DNA of 64,000 nt from Antedon mediterranea (Eukaryota; Animalia; Echinodermata). Below, in pieces: positions 13,802-27,520 of this stretch. The stretch lies in assembly GCF_964355755.1 (NCBI RefSeq), contig NC_092680.1, positions 6,386,001 to 6,450,000 on the forward strand. The letters are read 5' to 3'. The translations under genes were made by a program, and so were the position numbers. The notes under the pieces are model-generated. The model had not been told where the DNA came from, did not search any database, and saw only the letters and a program-made list of their open reading frames with translations. Each line of letters opens with the position of its first letter. Position 1 is the stretch's first letter.

Positions 13802-16265
13802 CCCTCCTAAAACGCTAATCGTCGTTAGACATTGCGCGTCTCACTTGTGTTCGCCACTCAGTACGTTTTTGAGCAGCATGTGTATAGGTCCGCGTGTGAA
13901 AAGTTCTGTTTCCTTTTTTATGTTTGCCATCCATGTTGTTTTTGGTCTTCCTTTTGGTTTTTTTGGTCTTTCTCTGAGCCTCTCCGAGTGCGATCTTAAC
14001 TGGTGTGTTTTCATTTAAACGGAGCAGGTGACCATACCATGTCAGCCTTCTTTTCTTTACGTTCTTACTCCACTCATTTTCTCCTGTTCTTTTGTACAAA
14101 TCTTCATTTTTTATTTTCTCCGGCCACCTTATACCTATTATTCTCTTTAGGAATTTTCTTTGAAAGACATCGATTTCGCTTTTTAGTGATGCTGTCATTG
14201 TTCACAGTTCACAATTATACAGAAAGATGCTTGTAATGTATACGTTGAAGACTCTCATTTTCAGGTTTATTGTTATTTTTCTATTTTGGAGTATGTGATT
14301 TATCTTGCTGAAAGCTGCTAATGTGAGACGTTTTCTGTTATTAACATCCTCTCTGGTTCCCAATTTACTTCCAAGGAATTTGCAGTTTCGCCAGTCTTCA
14401 TTTCCTTTCCTTTTTATTTTAAAATCTTCGGTTTTTGACGGGTTAACTTTTAGATTATAGTCTTGTAGATACCGTGGAATGTCTGTATTTATTTCATTTA
14501 TATATTCTTGTGAGGTAGATACAAAAGATATGTCATCTGCATATTGAATGTTTAATGTAAATTCAGGTGTATATTGTTTTTGTTGACGTTGCTCTTGTTC
14601 ATATTTTTGTAGGATATGTGCTAGATATGTAATGAAAAGGATGGGACTAAGACAGTCTCCCTGTGGTACTCCTATGTTTGATTTAATTGGGTCGCCTATT
14701 TCCTATCCAATCCTTACTCTAAGATCTACTTGTTCTATGAGAATTTTGATAATATTTAGCTCTTCTGGTTCAAGGATGTGAGATATTATATCAATTAATT
14801 TTTTCCTGTCTACAGTATCAAAAGCACTGCTCATGTCTAACATGAGTACATTTATTTCGTAGTCTGATGATGTGATTGCTTTTTCTGCTAGTGTTCGGAG
14901 AGTAAACACATGTTCAGTGACACTCCTTCCTTTACAGTATGCTGCCTGTGAGGGTGGTATAATGGTCATAAGCTTATCATCAATTCTATTTATAAGGCAA
15001 ATGGCCAAAATTTTTCTAATGATATTTAGGAGGACAACTGGTCTAAGGTTCTTTACGATACCCTTTTGTTTGCCTGGTTTATGTAATGGAACTATGATAC
15101 CTTCTGTGATATCATGGGGCGCCTTTCCTGTCATAACCATATCATTAAACATAGTTGCAATACTACTGAAAATGTTGTCAGGTGCATATTTTATAAGTTC
15201 AGAGTGAACCTCATCTGGCCCTGGGCTCTTCCCATTTTTCAGTTTCTTGGCAGCTAATTTAATTTCTTCTATCTTAAATGGATTTTTCATCCTTATTTTA
15301 TCAATTCCTAGGTTCTTCTCAACTCCTTTCTTCTCATAGACTTCTCTGAAATAACTTGTTACAATTTTTACTTGTTCTGTTTCATTGGTAATTATGCTAT
15401 TTCTACAGTCGTATAGAAAACTTTTATCCGTTTTTTCTGTTCTTTTTAGATGTCTTATTGCTTGAAACATTTTATTTGGTTCATCTTTTATTTTCTCAAG
15501 TTCTTCAATTTGTCTACTTATTGTTTTTTCTTCCTCATATTTTATCTTACTATGAATTTCCTTAAGTACTATATTTCGTTGTTTTTTCATTTTAATCCTA
15601 TCATCATTTTGTTTGCATGCATTTATTTCTAGCCTAAGTTTCTTTTGTTTCTGAGAAAGTTTCTTAATTTCATCATTTTGTATTTTATTTGCTCTTCGAG
15701 TTTCTTTAAATCCTACTACATGTATTGCTGCATCTTTACAGACGTCTGCAATAAGCCCCCATCGTTTAAAAGTGTCAACGTTAGTTAGTTTATCTGTATC
15801 TAAAGACTCTTTCACTTTATTCTGGTATTTTTCTTGATTAGTCCTTTCATTTAAGTTTTCTACGTCAATTATTCTACACTTCTTTTTTGGTTTCATCTTA
15901 AAATATTGCAGCCTAAGTTGTGTTTTTACTATTCTATGATCAGTTTCTACATCAACTCTGCTGTAAGATCTAGAGTTCGTGACAAAATTAAAATTTCTCT
16001 TCCTAATCATAATGTAATCTACTTGATTTCTATAGGGATTTCTACGTGGCGTACCGTCCTTTTCATTATGTGGTTTAACCCTGACTGGCATAACCCATGT
16101 CGTTCTATGTGACATTTTGTGTTCGAACATAGTATTCGTGAGTAGGAGTTTATGTCTCATTGCCATCTCCAAAAGTGCTATTCCATTGCTGTTTATTGTT
16201 CCTTTACCATGTTGGCCCATGCATTGTGCAAACCCCTGATGGTACCCAGATCCGGTCTTAGCATT
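13802..16265 (-). mobile_element. RTE-type LINE, 5'-truncated, inactive (APE endonuclease C-part + reverse transcriptase)
   Basis: Motifs NQVDYI, TDHRIV, KSPGPD, LDMSSAFD, GVPQGDCLSP, QYADD, LTWYGHLLR. One frame broken by stops at ~14703 and ~14202 and a 3' frameshift. 11-bp TSD CAAGAATTAAT at 13791-13801 and 16266-16276. Confidence 0.92.
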
Positions 16266-16620
16266 CAAGAATTAATAGGGTAGGCCTAATAGATGTGATT
16301 AAAGTCGCATGTTTGGTTTTTATCACTATGTGGTTATATCTGAACGATTTGTGGATGTTAGGCCATTAACCTTTTTTAGTGATGTATTTTAGCACCGATG
16401 TTTTAGTCACTGATCTAACCTGTTTAGCAGTAGCAGCAGTGTTTTAATGACTTGGTCGGAAACTTTTTTACAATTAAAGAAATCTGATATTCCCTAAATA
16501 TTACTAAACATAACCTTCTAAATAATCTGTATCAACTATTAAATACATACATCAATGACATTAAAGTCGATGAAGCTGAAGAATATACCATTCAGCCAAA
16601 GAGTCGGCATGTAAAATTAA

Positions 16621-16896
16621 GGCTGTGTTTCCGCAGCCAAAAAATAACTGATAATTAACCGTTAAATTTCCTGTAGAAACGGGATTTTACTGATTCCACT
16701 CGAAAAGTTAACCGATAATTTATCTCATTCAAATCGGATATTTATCGAAAATATGCGACAATTTTGAACCTTTGACCTGAAGGACGGACACATTCTTGCA
16801 TCGTGATTGGGCATCTGATTGTTTTCGTAATGATACATGCACTTTATTGGTTAAGACATTAACCGATAATTTGGTTTTGACTGCAGAAACATGGCC
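16621..16896. mobile_element. PIF/Harbinger-type MITE
   Basis: TIR GGCTGTGTTTCCGCAGCCAAAA / TTTTGACTGCAGAAACATGGCC with TAA on both sides; internal AACCGAT repeats. Confidence 0.7.
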
Positions 16897-19800
16897 TAAA
16901 AAGCTGTTGACATAACCGATTTTACTTGTTCGGGGTGCAAAACAACAGGCGATACTGTAGTGTTAGATTACTCTTGAATTTTTGTTTTTCTTACTCGAGA
17001 AGATTTTTTCATACAACAAAAATATAAAAAAGTACTATCACACGATCGTTTATCAGTATACAGTCTATAAAACGCCATGTGACCCACGATCATCAAATCA
17101 ATTGAGTCTATTGAATCTATTTAGGTAATCTATTGAACGCTGCGTGGTAAGAAATTGACAAGCAAACACGCACACTGTTAATGATATCAAATTCTGAAAA
17201 ACTTTCAAAATAAATAAATTATAAGTGGTAAATCAGGCACGAAAGTAAGCGTGCTCATTTAACATTACACACATTTTTTCAAGTTGAAATTTGATCTAGT
17301 TTTAGTACATCGAGGCATTAGGCATTACGGAACAGTTCCACTGGGGGACATACTCCTTTATTACCTCCATTAAAGTCAGGTAATAAGTCGTATGGCACAT
17401 ACTGACACACTCTAAACATCCATCGACCCTGTTGTGATTGAACCAGATTTCATTCAGAACATTAATAATAATGTTATTACCATTCTGAACGAATGTCGAT
17501 CGATTCTAAACAACACACTTTCGGTGCCGATAAAAATGTCAACCACTCTTCTTTACATTACGGTACATTCATTAAAGTTCTTATACTAAGGTGATGATGT
17601 GGAGCACACACAGAATACATTACACAACCGAATGGGGTACTATCATGTATTATTGATAATATAATTGATAATATAAATGATAGTTGTACGTGAGTCTAAT
17701 CTTCAACCAACATAATCAATGTAGCCAAAATTAATCAATGCCGAGACACCGTGGACCCAATGCATTACATATCTGTGTTTTATATAATATTGATCACCTA
17801 TACATTGTAATAGGTCTATGGTTTAAAGTCAAGACAATTGTTTTTGTTTACATTTTAGATTAACATTATCCCAATAATTTGTACTTTATAAATTGTAAAT
17901 TAATTTACTGTACATAATAGCTTCAACAGTAACTACTTAGTTTAGTTATTGTTGTATTTCTTCTCATGATTTTTACTGGACTTAGTAAACGATTATAATT
18001 AATCTCAACTCAATCACAATTGATGAAAATTGTCTGTCAAGTATCGATAAATATGAAACTAGATCTATACCGCCCTCTATTAGCATAGTGCAATACGTTA
18101 TTCATTACTGCAACTAGAGGATGAGCTCGCTTCGATTGCTCACTTCACCCTCTATAGTAATAAGTGTAGACGATGGATCTCGGAATGTTAGGCATAGGCC
18201 TAGATAACTCGAGTAAAAACCTCACAGAAAGATTTTCTGGCCCATGGACGATATACGTTTTAAACGGCTTGCATGCAACAGATAGCGCGCTGTTACAAAC
18301 CTGCCCAGAACTCAACAACTCGGCTACCATTGGGGGTTCGGGGTTTGATTTCAAACATATTGTCGGTTCTCCCGATGTAGGCCTTACGTGATTTTTACCC
18401 GATTGTTGATATTAATATATAGATATTTGACTTAATCGTTATTATTTTGCAGTATGATTTTATTTTACTTCACTTTACATGTGGCCCCTGACAAAAAAAA
18501 TCAACAAAACATGAATGTCGCCGCCAACGGCAAACGTTGGGGGAAGTTTCAAAATGTATTACGTTAACCCAGAAATCATAATATCTTCCTAAGAGAGAAA
18601 TATAGAAACATTTGTTTTTGTATTTATAATATTCCATGTCATCATTTTGTCATAGAGTAACCTTACGTCACAGTCACGTGTTATACATTATTGTATTATG
18701 AACAAAGTTAGAGAAGCCACTATCATGAATTTTAGTATATTATTTATTTATGTATTGTTGATAAATGTTTTATTGATACTGTTATACATGTATGTTTGGC
18801 TTACAAATTATCAATACGAATGCAATCACGTCCACAATTGATTTTATCATAATTGTCCTTTAAAAAATATAAATAATTTCTTTCTACTCCTTCCAATAAA
18901 TGTAGTAACTACATTACAGTAATGTTAATCCAATTAATTTATATTTATTTCCTGAATCAATATAACGTCTTAAACTTTTATTTTAAAACATTTTATTTGT
19001 ATATTTCTTGTAAAAAAGAGAAATGTTACTCTGCGAAATAAGATCGCTGTTGCATGAATGTCAGTATCATGTTTAGCGTCAACATCATACAGTATCGCGT
19101 CTTTGCCAGCAAACTTCATTTCATATATAGCCTTGTCGATGGCTTTAATTCTTCAGCTGCTGGTGAGTCTAGCTTTCAGCTTTACAGTCAATAGACTAGC
19201 GTGGTCGTGTTTTTACCATTTAGTGGGATAATGTTGAAAACGTTGCTTAAGTTAGGAGTTATTTGATTTGGTAGGGGTACGTCAGAAGCCAATATACAAT
19301 TTGAGATACCCTCTAGAAAACATTTTTTATTTGCTAAGAAACCTACAATAACTGTTGTTTCAAACAATCATACAAAATAATCTATATTATTTTTGTCCAA
19401 TCGTTTCCCATACTCTTCTAACAAACTGCCCTTCTGAGCTCGTCTTATTACATTTCTTTGTAAGTGTTATATTGCCAATTAGTTTAAAATAATACACTGA
19501 TATATTTTTCCTCTACATATTTACGAACACTATAAAATGAAACTCTTACACCAAACTCACATACAAATGCTTGTAGTGAAATTAGCACAGCATTGAGACA
19601 CACACTTTCCGGTGACTATATCTGATGTAGGTGGAGGTATGCATTCTCAGAGTGGCTTTCTAGTTATGCATTAAATTATGATTCCTATAAAAGTAGTACA
19701 CTACTATGTCTAGAGAGAACGAACTGCTTGTCTCCTGACTATATCCTTTCTTCAGTATACATTATGTCAACTCTTTTCGGCAAGCCAACTGCTTGGCACT

Positions 19801-19926
19801 AATTACCAAATGTTGACATTTTTCTGGTTGCTTGGTACGAAACAGCCCACCAGTCTCTAGACATTGTACCGTACGAGTTTCGGTGGGCTGCATATAATTC
19901 GCAATGTTTCTTTCCAAATATCAGAG

Positions 19927-20498
19927 CTATAGGCCTGTTTGTGATGTCGAAACTTTCCGTGCTGTTCGTGAGTTTACACAGCATTTTGTAAAAATGATTC
20001 TAAATTGTTTTTGAAAGCTAGATGAAGAAAATGCGTAAATAAATGGGTTAACACAGCTGCTAAAATACATCAAACACAGTGCAAGAATATACGTAGTCCC
20101 AACTAGCTTTTGATTTATCATCTTGATCATACTCATAGGATCAAACACTTGCCAAAGTAAAAATGCATGAATTGGCAACCAGAATATTGCAAATGCTACA
20201 ACCAACATTAAAACAATTTTGGTTGTCCTTATCTTCTTTTTTGTTTGTATCTTGCGGTTCCTGTTCCTCATTGAAACTGAAGTGGACGTTGATTTTCTCA
20301 TCCAAACTACTTTTAATATCCTGACGTAACAAATTGCAATGACAGTAAGCGGAACAATGTAGATTGAACAGAATGTGTAGATTGTATACGCCTGTTGTTG
20401 AAAACCATCTCTGAGTATTGTACCGCACACTTTGGCACCGTCTTCAAATACCGTTACTTTGTTTAGCACAGCGGCCGGTAGTTGCAGGAGTAGAGAAA
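19927..20498 (-). CDS. Kisspeptin-receptor-type (GPR54/galanin-allatostatin A group) class A GPCR, last exon (TM4 end to TM7 and C-tail)
   Basis: Acceptor ttttttttcaag|, phase 1. ECL2 Cys, TM5 YIVPL..IAICY, TM6 FAIFWLP, TM7 SSCVNPFIY, helix 8 F.KQF, CC, stop at 19927. Confidence 0.92.
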
Positions 20499-21677
20499 CT
20501 TGAAAAAAAAATAATACAAGCAATTATTATCGTTTTTGTTTAATAATTTTAACACTTACAGTAAACTAAACTACGGTATATAACTCATAGTAAAAATAGC
20601 TTTCAAACATCATACTGTAATCAATTACCAGTTTTAAATTACTTCTTGATAGATTATAATCAATTAAGATTACAAGTTGGCAAGTGTTCAAAGCCAATAT
20701 AGATTATCATTATCTTGTCCATTTAGAATGGAATGTTTAATTTTATTACAATATTATAACGTCAATTTACGAATATCGGAAGATTTATGTACCATTATAA
20801 TTAAAATTGAAATAAGTTTTGACCGAGTTATACATAGCGTGAAGATGCTGTAGCCAAATTATAATTAAATATAGAAAATGTAAAATATCAGCTAAAATAT
20901 TGGTTGCGTTTACTTGTTAACTGCCGTAACAGTATTATGAGCTTAGCAGCAGTTATCTGTCTTGCGCCCCGAGCCGCGGCGGCGCATATTTAATTATATA
21001 TACATATGTAAGGCAAGAGATATAATATAATAAATTTGAAAAATACTGTATGTAGGCCTACTGTCAAATGATAAATGTCAATGACCACAACGGCTAATTT
21101 TTAAAGAGACGACATACATCCTCAGGTAATTGTCTGGAATCAGTGATGGTACGGTATCATTAAAATAATCTTTTAATATGTACAATGTGGTTGCTAAGGA
21201 TACAGCCCGTAAGACCGACTATTAAACTGAACATCGAACGATTTGCCTAGACATCGTCACAAAATAGGTCTATTAGTTTAAGGTTTTAATTCACCATTAG
21301 GTTTCACTGGTTGTTTTAGTTAATCGTTTAGCAGTCACGTTTCACAATACACATCCAATCATGAATTGAAGGATTATGTACAGTCGTATAAAAGAACACA
21401 GACAGGATCATATGGATATAAAGAAAGGTTTATCCTTATAGTAAGTTATTCAAAATTATAGATTCGCCACAGCAGTCATGATTATTTCACTGCACCAATC
21501 CACTTTACTTCCTCTATACCAGTTAGAAGTGTGTGTTTTTTTAGGTTTGTTCAAAGGTTAGGACATGTTATTAAGCTGTTAATTCAGTTGCTGTCTCCAC
21601 AACAACATTTGGCGATTATCTTATAAAACAATTAATATTCAGTAACGACATGCCTTGTGTATTACAGGCGATACATG

Positions 21678-21870
21678 TAATAATAATAATAATAATAATA
21701 TTTATTCGGTCATCAGTAAAAATAACCAGGAATGAGAATAGGCTAAAGCCCAAACAGATTCTGCACTCACTCCATACAACACATGTGATGCTTTATTACG
21801 GACTGTTAATATGGTACTGCCGAAATCTAGATACTCACAGGTACGAAGCGGTAAGCATTTACCTAACCTA
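21678..21870 (-). mobile_element. LINE 3'-end remnant
   Basis: Minus strand ends AATAAA followed by an (ATT)n tail, preceded by a 3'UTR-like imperfect stem-loop. Confidence 0.4.
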
Positions 21871-24659
21871 AAGAAAACACAAGCATTAAGATAATTTATG
21901 AAGAAAGAAACGTTGGGATAAAATATTGACGGAACTATAAATAGAATGTTTGCTTTTATCGGGATTGTGAATTTAATTCCCTTTTAATCATATATGACTT
22001 AACTTCACTGATTTCTCGTAAATACCTGTATCATCATTTCCATTAAATAATTCATAATATGATATTGTTTAATGTTCCCCTTGTCTCAAATATTATATCT
22101 CATCAGATAGATTTATTATTATTATTATTATTATTATACAGAACTCATTAGAATATGCTGTGTTTTTGCGTACACTATTTTATAAAATAATATTATATAC
22201 TATTAATTTATATCCATAAAACAATTGTAGGATAGGATGAAAACACGTGATTTTTCTTTACGATTGTCTGAGAGATTGAAACTAAGCAACATTCTGACTA
22301 ATAAAGCATGACAGTTAATCTAAAGATTTTGGATTATTTGTATGAGTTTGTAGATTTCAGTCAAAACCAAACAAGTTGTCTATACCAAATCCCTTCAATA
22401 ACATTGGCAATGGTAAAAAAAAAAGTTCAAGATTTATAATATAGACCCTCTACAAAAAAGTGCAAGAACTATATAAAAATAGCATTAAGAGAATGTTTAC
22501 AATCCTAAACAGTTAATCGGAACATAATGTACAGTATTCAATTTTTCAATTTTCAATTTATTCCACATTTATTTAGTCATCAATTACAGTACATCATAAT
22601 TACAATACAACTGAAAACAGGGATCCTGCATAAAAAAGCTGTAGCTTCGTTTTTTTGTAGGACCCTTTTACATAAGAACAAGTATATAGAACTTAAATAA
22701 ACAAAGGTGTTGTTAATCAGCATATAGTGATAAAAAGTATTTTTTGACCTGTTTTTTTATACATTTATTTTGTTTCTTTAAGATAACCGGTTTATTACCA
22801 CCATTACAAGTGAATTCTTTCCACAATTTTGGTCCATATATGTGTATAAACTGTTGACTGCAAGTTAGTCTTGTGAATGGAATTTCGAAATCAGTTTCTG
22901 TTCTGAGGTTATGAGTAGGCCTAATACTGTCACAGTAATTAAAAATATTTAAAATGTGATGTGATAATTCATTGAATTTTACGTTTGCCATAAATCCTAT
23001 GACGTTTACTTTGTAAATATCATAAGCGTTTAATATTTTTAGTTTCTTAAACAGTGGCTCTGAGGCTTGTCTGGATTTAGAGAAGGTAATGCATTTTACA
23101 GCTCTCTTTTGGAGTTTTAGTATTACTTCTAACGTGCTCTTGTATGTATTTCCCCATATTAAGTTACCATACTGAAGGTGAGGTAATACTAAGGTGTTAT
23201 AAAGACTAATACGGACTTTATGAGGAAAGAATTCTCTTACTTTTAAAAGTATACCAATTGCCCTAGACATTTTTTTTCTAATAAGCTGTATGTGATGTTT
23301 CCAGTTAAGATTTTCGTTTAAAATTACATCTAGAAATGTCACATTTTCTTTTCTATGTAATAACACATTATTCATTTTTATTTTAAACTGGTTTTTGTCA
23401 AAGTACTTTTGGTTAGTTCTAAAAACAACGTAATTAGTTTTGCTGACATTCAGTAACAGCTTATTTGCTTTAAGCCATACGTTTATTTTTTCTAGTTCAA
23501 TATTCATAGTATGGTTTAACATTGTAGGGTCATCTCCCCTTGTTATACAAGTTGTGTCGTCAGCAAAACTAATTATATCTATTTTACTACTTGCTCGACT
23601 TATATCATTGATGTAAATCAAAAACAAAAGTGGTCCTAAAACAGAGCCCTGTGACACCCCTATATTGGTGTTTTTTAAACATGATGATCTACCATTGTCA
23701 TACACATATTGTTTGCGGCCACTTAAATAGTTTCTAAACCACATTAAAACGATGCCTCTTATACCATAATGCGCCAATTTGCTCAACAGAATACTGTGAT
23801 CGATAATGTCAAACGCTTTTGACAAATCCATAAAGGTAGTAAGTGCATATTCCTTTTTTTCAAATGCATTTAATATTATATGGACCAAGTCGATCATAGC
23901 ATGAGAAGTTGAGTGTTTGTTTCTAAATCCATATTGATTGTTGCTTAACACTTTAAATTTTATAAGATAATTGTATAATTGATTATGGATAATCTTTTCA
24001 AAAACTTTCGAAAAAATGGGGTAAAAAACAGCGATATGGGACAATAGTTTGAGGCCAAATGGCGGTCCCCTTTTTTATGTATAGGAACTACTTTGGAAAT
24101 TTTCAACTTCCCTGGTATCAGTCCAGTTTGAAGTGATAAATTAAAAATATATGTCAGCGGCTTTAAAATGTTGTATTTTACTTCCTTTACAACTTTTGCT
24201 GAAATGTCCCATCAAATCCGGGGGCTTTGTTTGAATCCAGAGATTCAATAACTTTTAGTACCTCCTCTTCATCAACATAGCAACAAAACATTGAGTTGCG
24301 TTGTTTGTTTGTGAGGTATTCAGAATATTTTGTCGTAGTAGACTCAATATTGTCTTGAACCTTACAACCTACATTAATAAAATAATCATTAATGTGATTT
24401 ACAACATTTTCGCAACCATGTATAGTTTCATTGCTATGTGTAAAAGAAGTTGGAACTTTAGTTTTTCCTTTGTTCGGATCAATTACATCATTTATAACAT
24501 TCCATGTTTTTTTAATATTACCATTTGTTCGATTGAAAAGATTTTCATAATACATCTTTTTGGCGATTTTGCACGTGCGTGCAAAAGCTTTTTTAAATTC
24601 TTTATAAGCATTTTTGTTTTTTACAGTAGGGTGTTTTATGAACCTTTTATACAGTACAT

Positions 24660-24758
24660 TAATGGTATTTTTTGTATTTTCTCATTATAAATTATCATTC
24701 TTTTTTATTGTATTGTTATACCATTGTTAGAAACTAATAAATGTTGAATTATTATTAT
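24660..24758 (+). mobile_element. 99-bp retroposon tail nested in the LINE
   Basis: TACAT direct repeats at 24655-24659 and 24759-24763; ends AATAAA..GAA(TTA)n. Removal restores RKHVLYKRFIKHP in the host ORF2. Confidence 0.6.
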
Positions 24759-25840
24759 TACATGCTTTCTTTTACTAGACCTATAACCCAAAACTCATCC
24801 AGGGCTGCTTGAATTTGTCATACTGTTTTGATGATTTTACAGTTTTTTTAAGGTGTTTGTTATATAGAAACTTAAAATTATCCAGAAAATCATTATAAGC
24901 GATTTCTGGATCAGTCGCTTCATATACTCAAAGCCACTCTGCACTTAATAAATCACTATTTAGTTTCGTAATATTTCTATTGTTAACTATATACGTGTCA
25001 CATGAGACTGAGGTGCCTTTATTCATGTGCGTGTTTACGTGGGAAGACGAAGCAGAGTGTGTTATTTGATATACTGGTAAATGGTCGGAAATGTCCGAGA
25101 TTAGTATACCAGATAGAACTTTTTCGGAAATTGTATTTGAAAATATGTTGTCAATTAGTGTTACTGACTGATCTTGTATTCTAGTTGGTCTAGATATAGA
25201 TGGATAAAACGAGTGAGACATCATTATTTCAATAAAATCATTTACATCACTGCATGTTACATGTTTAAGCAGATTGATATTAAAATCTCCCATGATATAA
25301 CATGGTTTACCTTCTTTGTCTATAGCAGTGAGGACATCTTCAAGTGAATCATTAAAAACATCTATTTTCATGTCTGGTGGTCTGTAGACAGTACCAACAA
25401 TTGCATTTTTACACTTTTTTTCAATTATCTCAATAAACAGACATTCACAGAAATTAATTTTCAAATCGGTTCTTGTTTTGACCTCTATAGTATTTGAAAT
25501 AAACAAGCCAACACCACCTCCTTTTCGATTTTCCCTGTCTAGAGCATGGAAATCGTAGTTTGGTAAGTATGGTCTAGGTGATGTTTCTTTAAGCCATGTT
25601 TCTGATATGCCAATTACAGTGAATGGGTGTTTAATGTCGTTTAAACAAGTAATTAATTCATCTAAGTGTTTGTTAATACTTCTGATATTATAGTGTAAAA
25701 ATGAGTAGCTGATATTATTTATTTATTAACCGAGTCATTTAACTGGTCTGTGCTCATATATGAGCATGTCTCTATCGTACATATTTTATTGCTAAGACTA
25801 TGATCAGTTAGTTCATCCTGTTCGTCAAAGTTGTTACATA

Positions 25841-26668
25841 AGCCCCTTTCTCACAGATGTGTCTGCAATATACCGGTACAGTGCTGGCGTCGTGCCGGTA
25901 TCGTTACCGGCATATACCCATTCTCATCGGACTATCGTGCCGGAAATATAACCGGTATATACCGGCTTTCTGTGAGAAAGGAGTCGGGCATATTCGGCCA
26001 ATAAAAAGTCTCTGACAAAATAATTATTGAGGGCGTCCTTTATTGTTATTATTTTTGTCTAGGGATATATGGCGGCGAATGTTAGGTTACAGATTATTAT
26101 CTTCCTTTATAGCATATTTATGCAATACATGCTATGTACAGTATATTGTGCATATATTATACAGGTACAGCAATTAATTAGCCGTCAATCGGCAATCTGT
26201 AAAACACCTTAGAAGGCTGTACAATTTACAAGGCGACGAAGGGTCAGGCTAGTTAGGCACCAACATTAACAAAGAGCTGGCCTAGGCTAGGCCTGCTATA
26301 GATTATGCTACAAATTTCTTCTTGTCCCCTTATTTTAAGCAGCTCTCTTATCTCATTATCCCTCCAGTTCGACATTATTATTGTTAATTGAATTGAATCG
26401 GCGCCAAAGTGATACACTTGACCGCGCAAGGTGTCTGAAGCCTCGACAGGGAACCCCGGAATATAACGGCGTTACGTTCTCACAGAATGCCCGTCTGGCA
26501 TTGCGGGGAATATCCCTAGAATATTACTAGGTCTAAAGCAGGTCATGTCGATGCCGGCATGGTGCCGGCATGATGCCAAGACGACCCGTTCTCACAGAAA
26601 ACCATACCGGCATGGTAATGGTATATTCCCGCAATATTCCTGGCACTCAGCTCTGTGAGAAAGGGGCT
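25841..26668. mobile_element. 828-bp non-autonomous DNA transposon (Harbinger-like) nested in LINE ORF2
   Basis: 17-bp TIR AGCCCCTTTCTCACAGA / TCTGTGAGAAAGGGGCT, ATA on both sides, subterminal CCGG-rich repeats. Confidence 0.85.
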
Positions 26669-27520
26669 ATAGAGTAATAGGATTGAATAATATATCAGTT
26701 TGATTTGATAGATTGTTATTGTTTATACTTGTTGCGCTTTCAGGGTTTGCTTGAGTAGACTTTTCCATGTTACTTTGGTTATTTCGGTTTTAACTTCTGT
26801 CTCTTGTACGATGTACATTCATACTAAACATCGTCTCCCTCCCCCCCCCCCCCTACCAATGAGGAGCTAGGCTTATCCTCTACACCGTGGTTGACGAAAT
26901 GCCAAAATCTTGAAATAAGCTCTGTTTTCTTTAATTTTCTCAAAATATAATGTTATTATAGTAATTTGATTACATTTTGAGTAGACGTCTCCGCCATTGC
27001 TTTCTATATATTTAATAGAATTTATATGATGCAATCGAGAAATCGTCCTTTTCTTACATACCATCTTAGTACATTTAGCATTAGTCGTATTTTGATACGT
27101 ATTAAAATTGGTAACACGATAATTTTTTCGCAATGCGTATTCAGATAATAATATTATGATATCTAGTATTACAATTTAACAAAATATATATTCGAAAAAT
27201 GTCTAAGAGTATTATGGGTAGGGGTATCAATCGGGGAAATATATTTAATGTGGATAATCATGAATGGGCCTATAGGCTGTGTATTAATAAAGCTTTATTT
27301 GGTTATCTGTACAAGCGCTATTCACAAAAATCGAAATACAGTCGCAAAATTAATTTAAAGAACCTGAAATAGTCTGCCCTCTATTGACAAGTATTAACTA
27401 AATTACTACTGTATTACTATACTATTACTATACTATATAAACTATTTTTCATTACCTTTTATGAGCCGTATATCGTATTAAATTCATATACTGTATATAT
27501 ATTCATATATTCTTTCATTC

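Larger units (their letters stand above)
22537..26768 (-). mobile_element. L2/CR1-group (Crack/Daphne-like) LINE, decayed ORF2, inside a GPCR intron
   Basis: Endonuclease motifs FLHYNIRS, GISETWL, VYRPP, GDFNI, IDNIF, SDHLP. RT motifs DLSKAFD, QGSVLGPLLF, FADDT. Several frameshifts. 3'UTR stem-loop at 22620-22665 and an AATAAA-(TTGAAAA)n tail. Probable ORF2 ATG at 26768. Confidence 0.92.

Noticed and set aside
14003-16112. Plus-strand ORFs over the RTE element (similarly 24301, 25002, 43577, 35772)
   Set aside because: Antisense shadows of real minus-strand coding sequence.
20499-20523. ORF-track start MLVLFFFQ of the 198-aa GPCR ORF (and MIFFFYSI at 35983, MT at 6672)
   Set aside because: These are translated polypyrimidine tracts upstream of splice acceptors, not real N-termini.
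26873-27133. Possible LINE ORF1
   Set aside because: Short, AT-rich, with no recognisable coiled-coil, RRM, PHD or esterase features.
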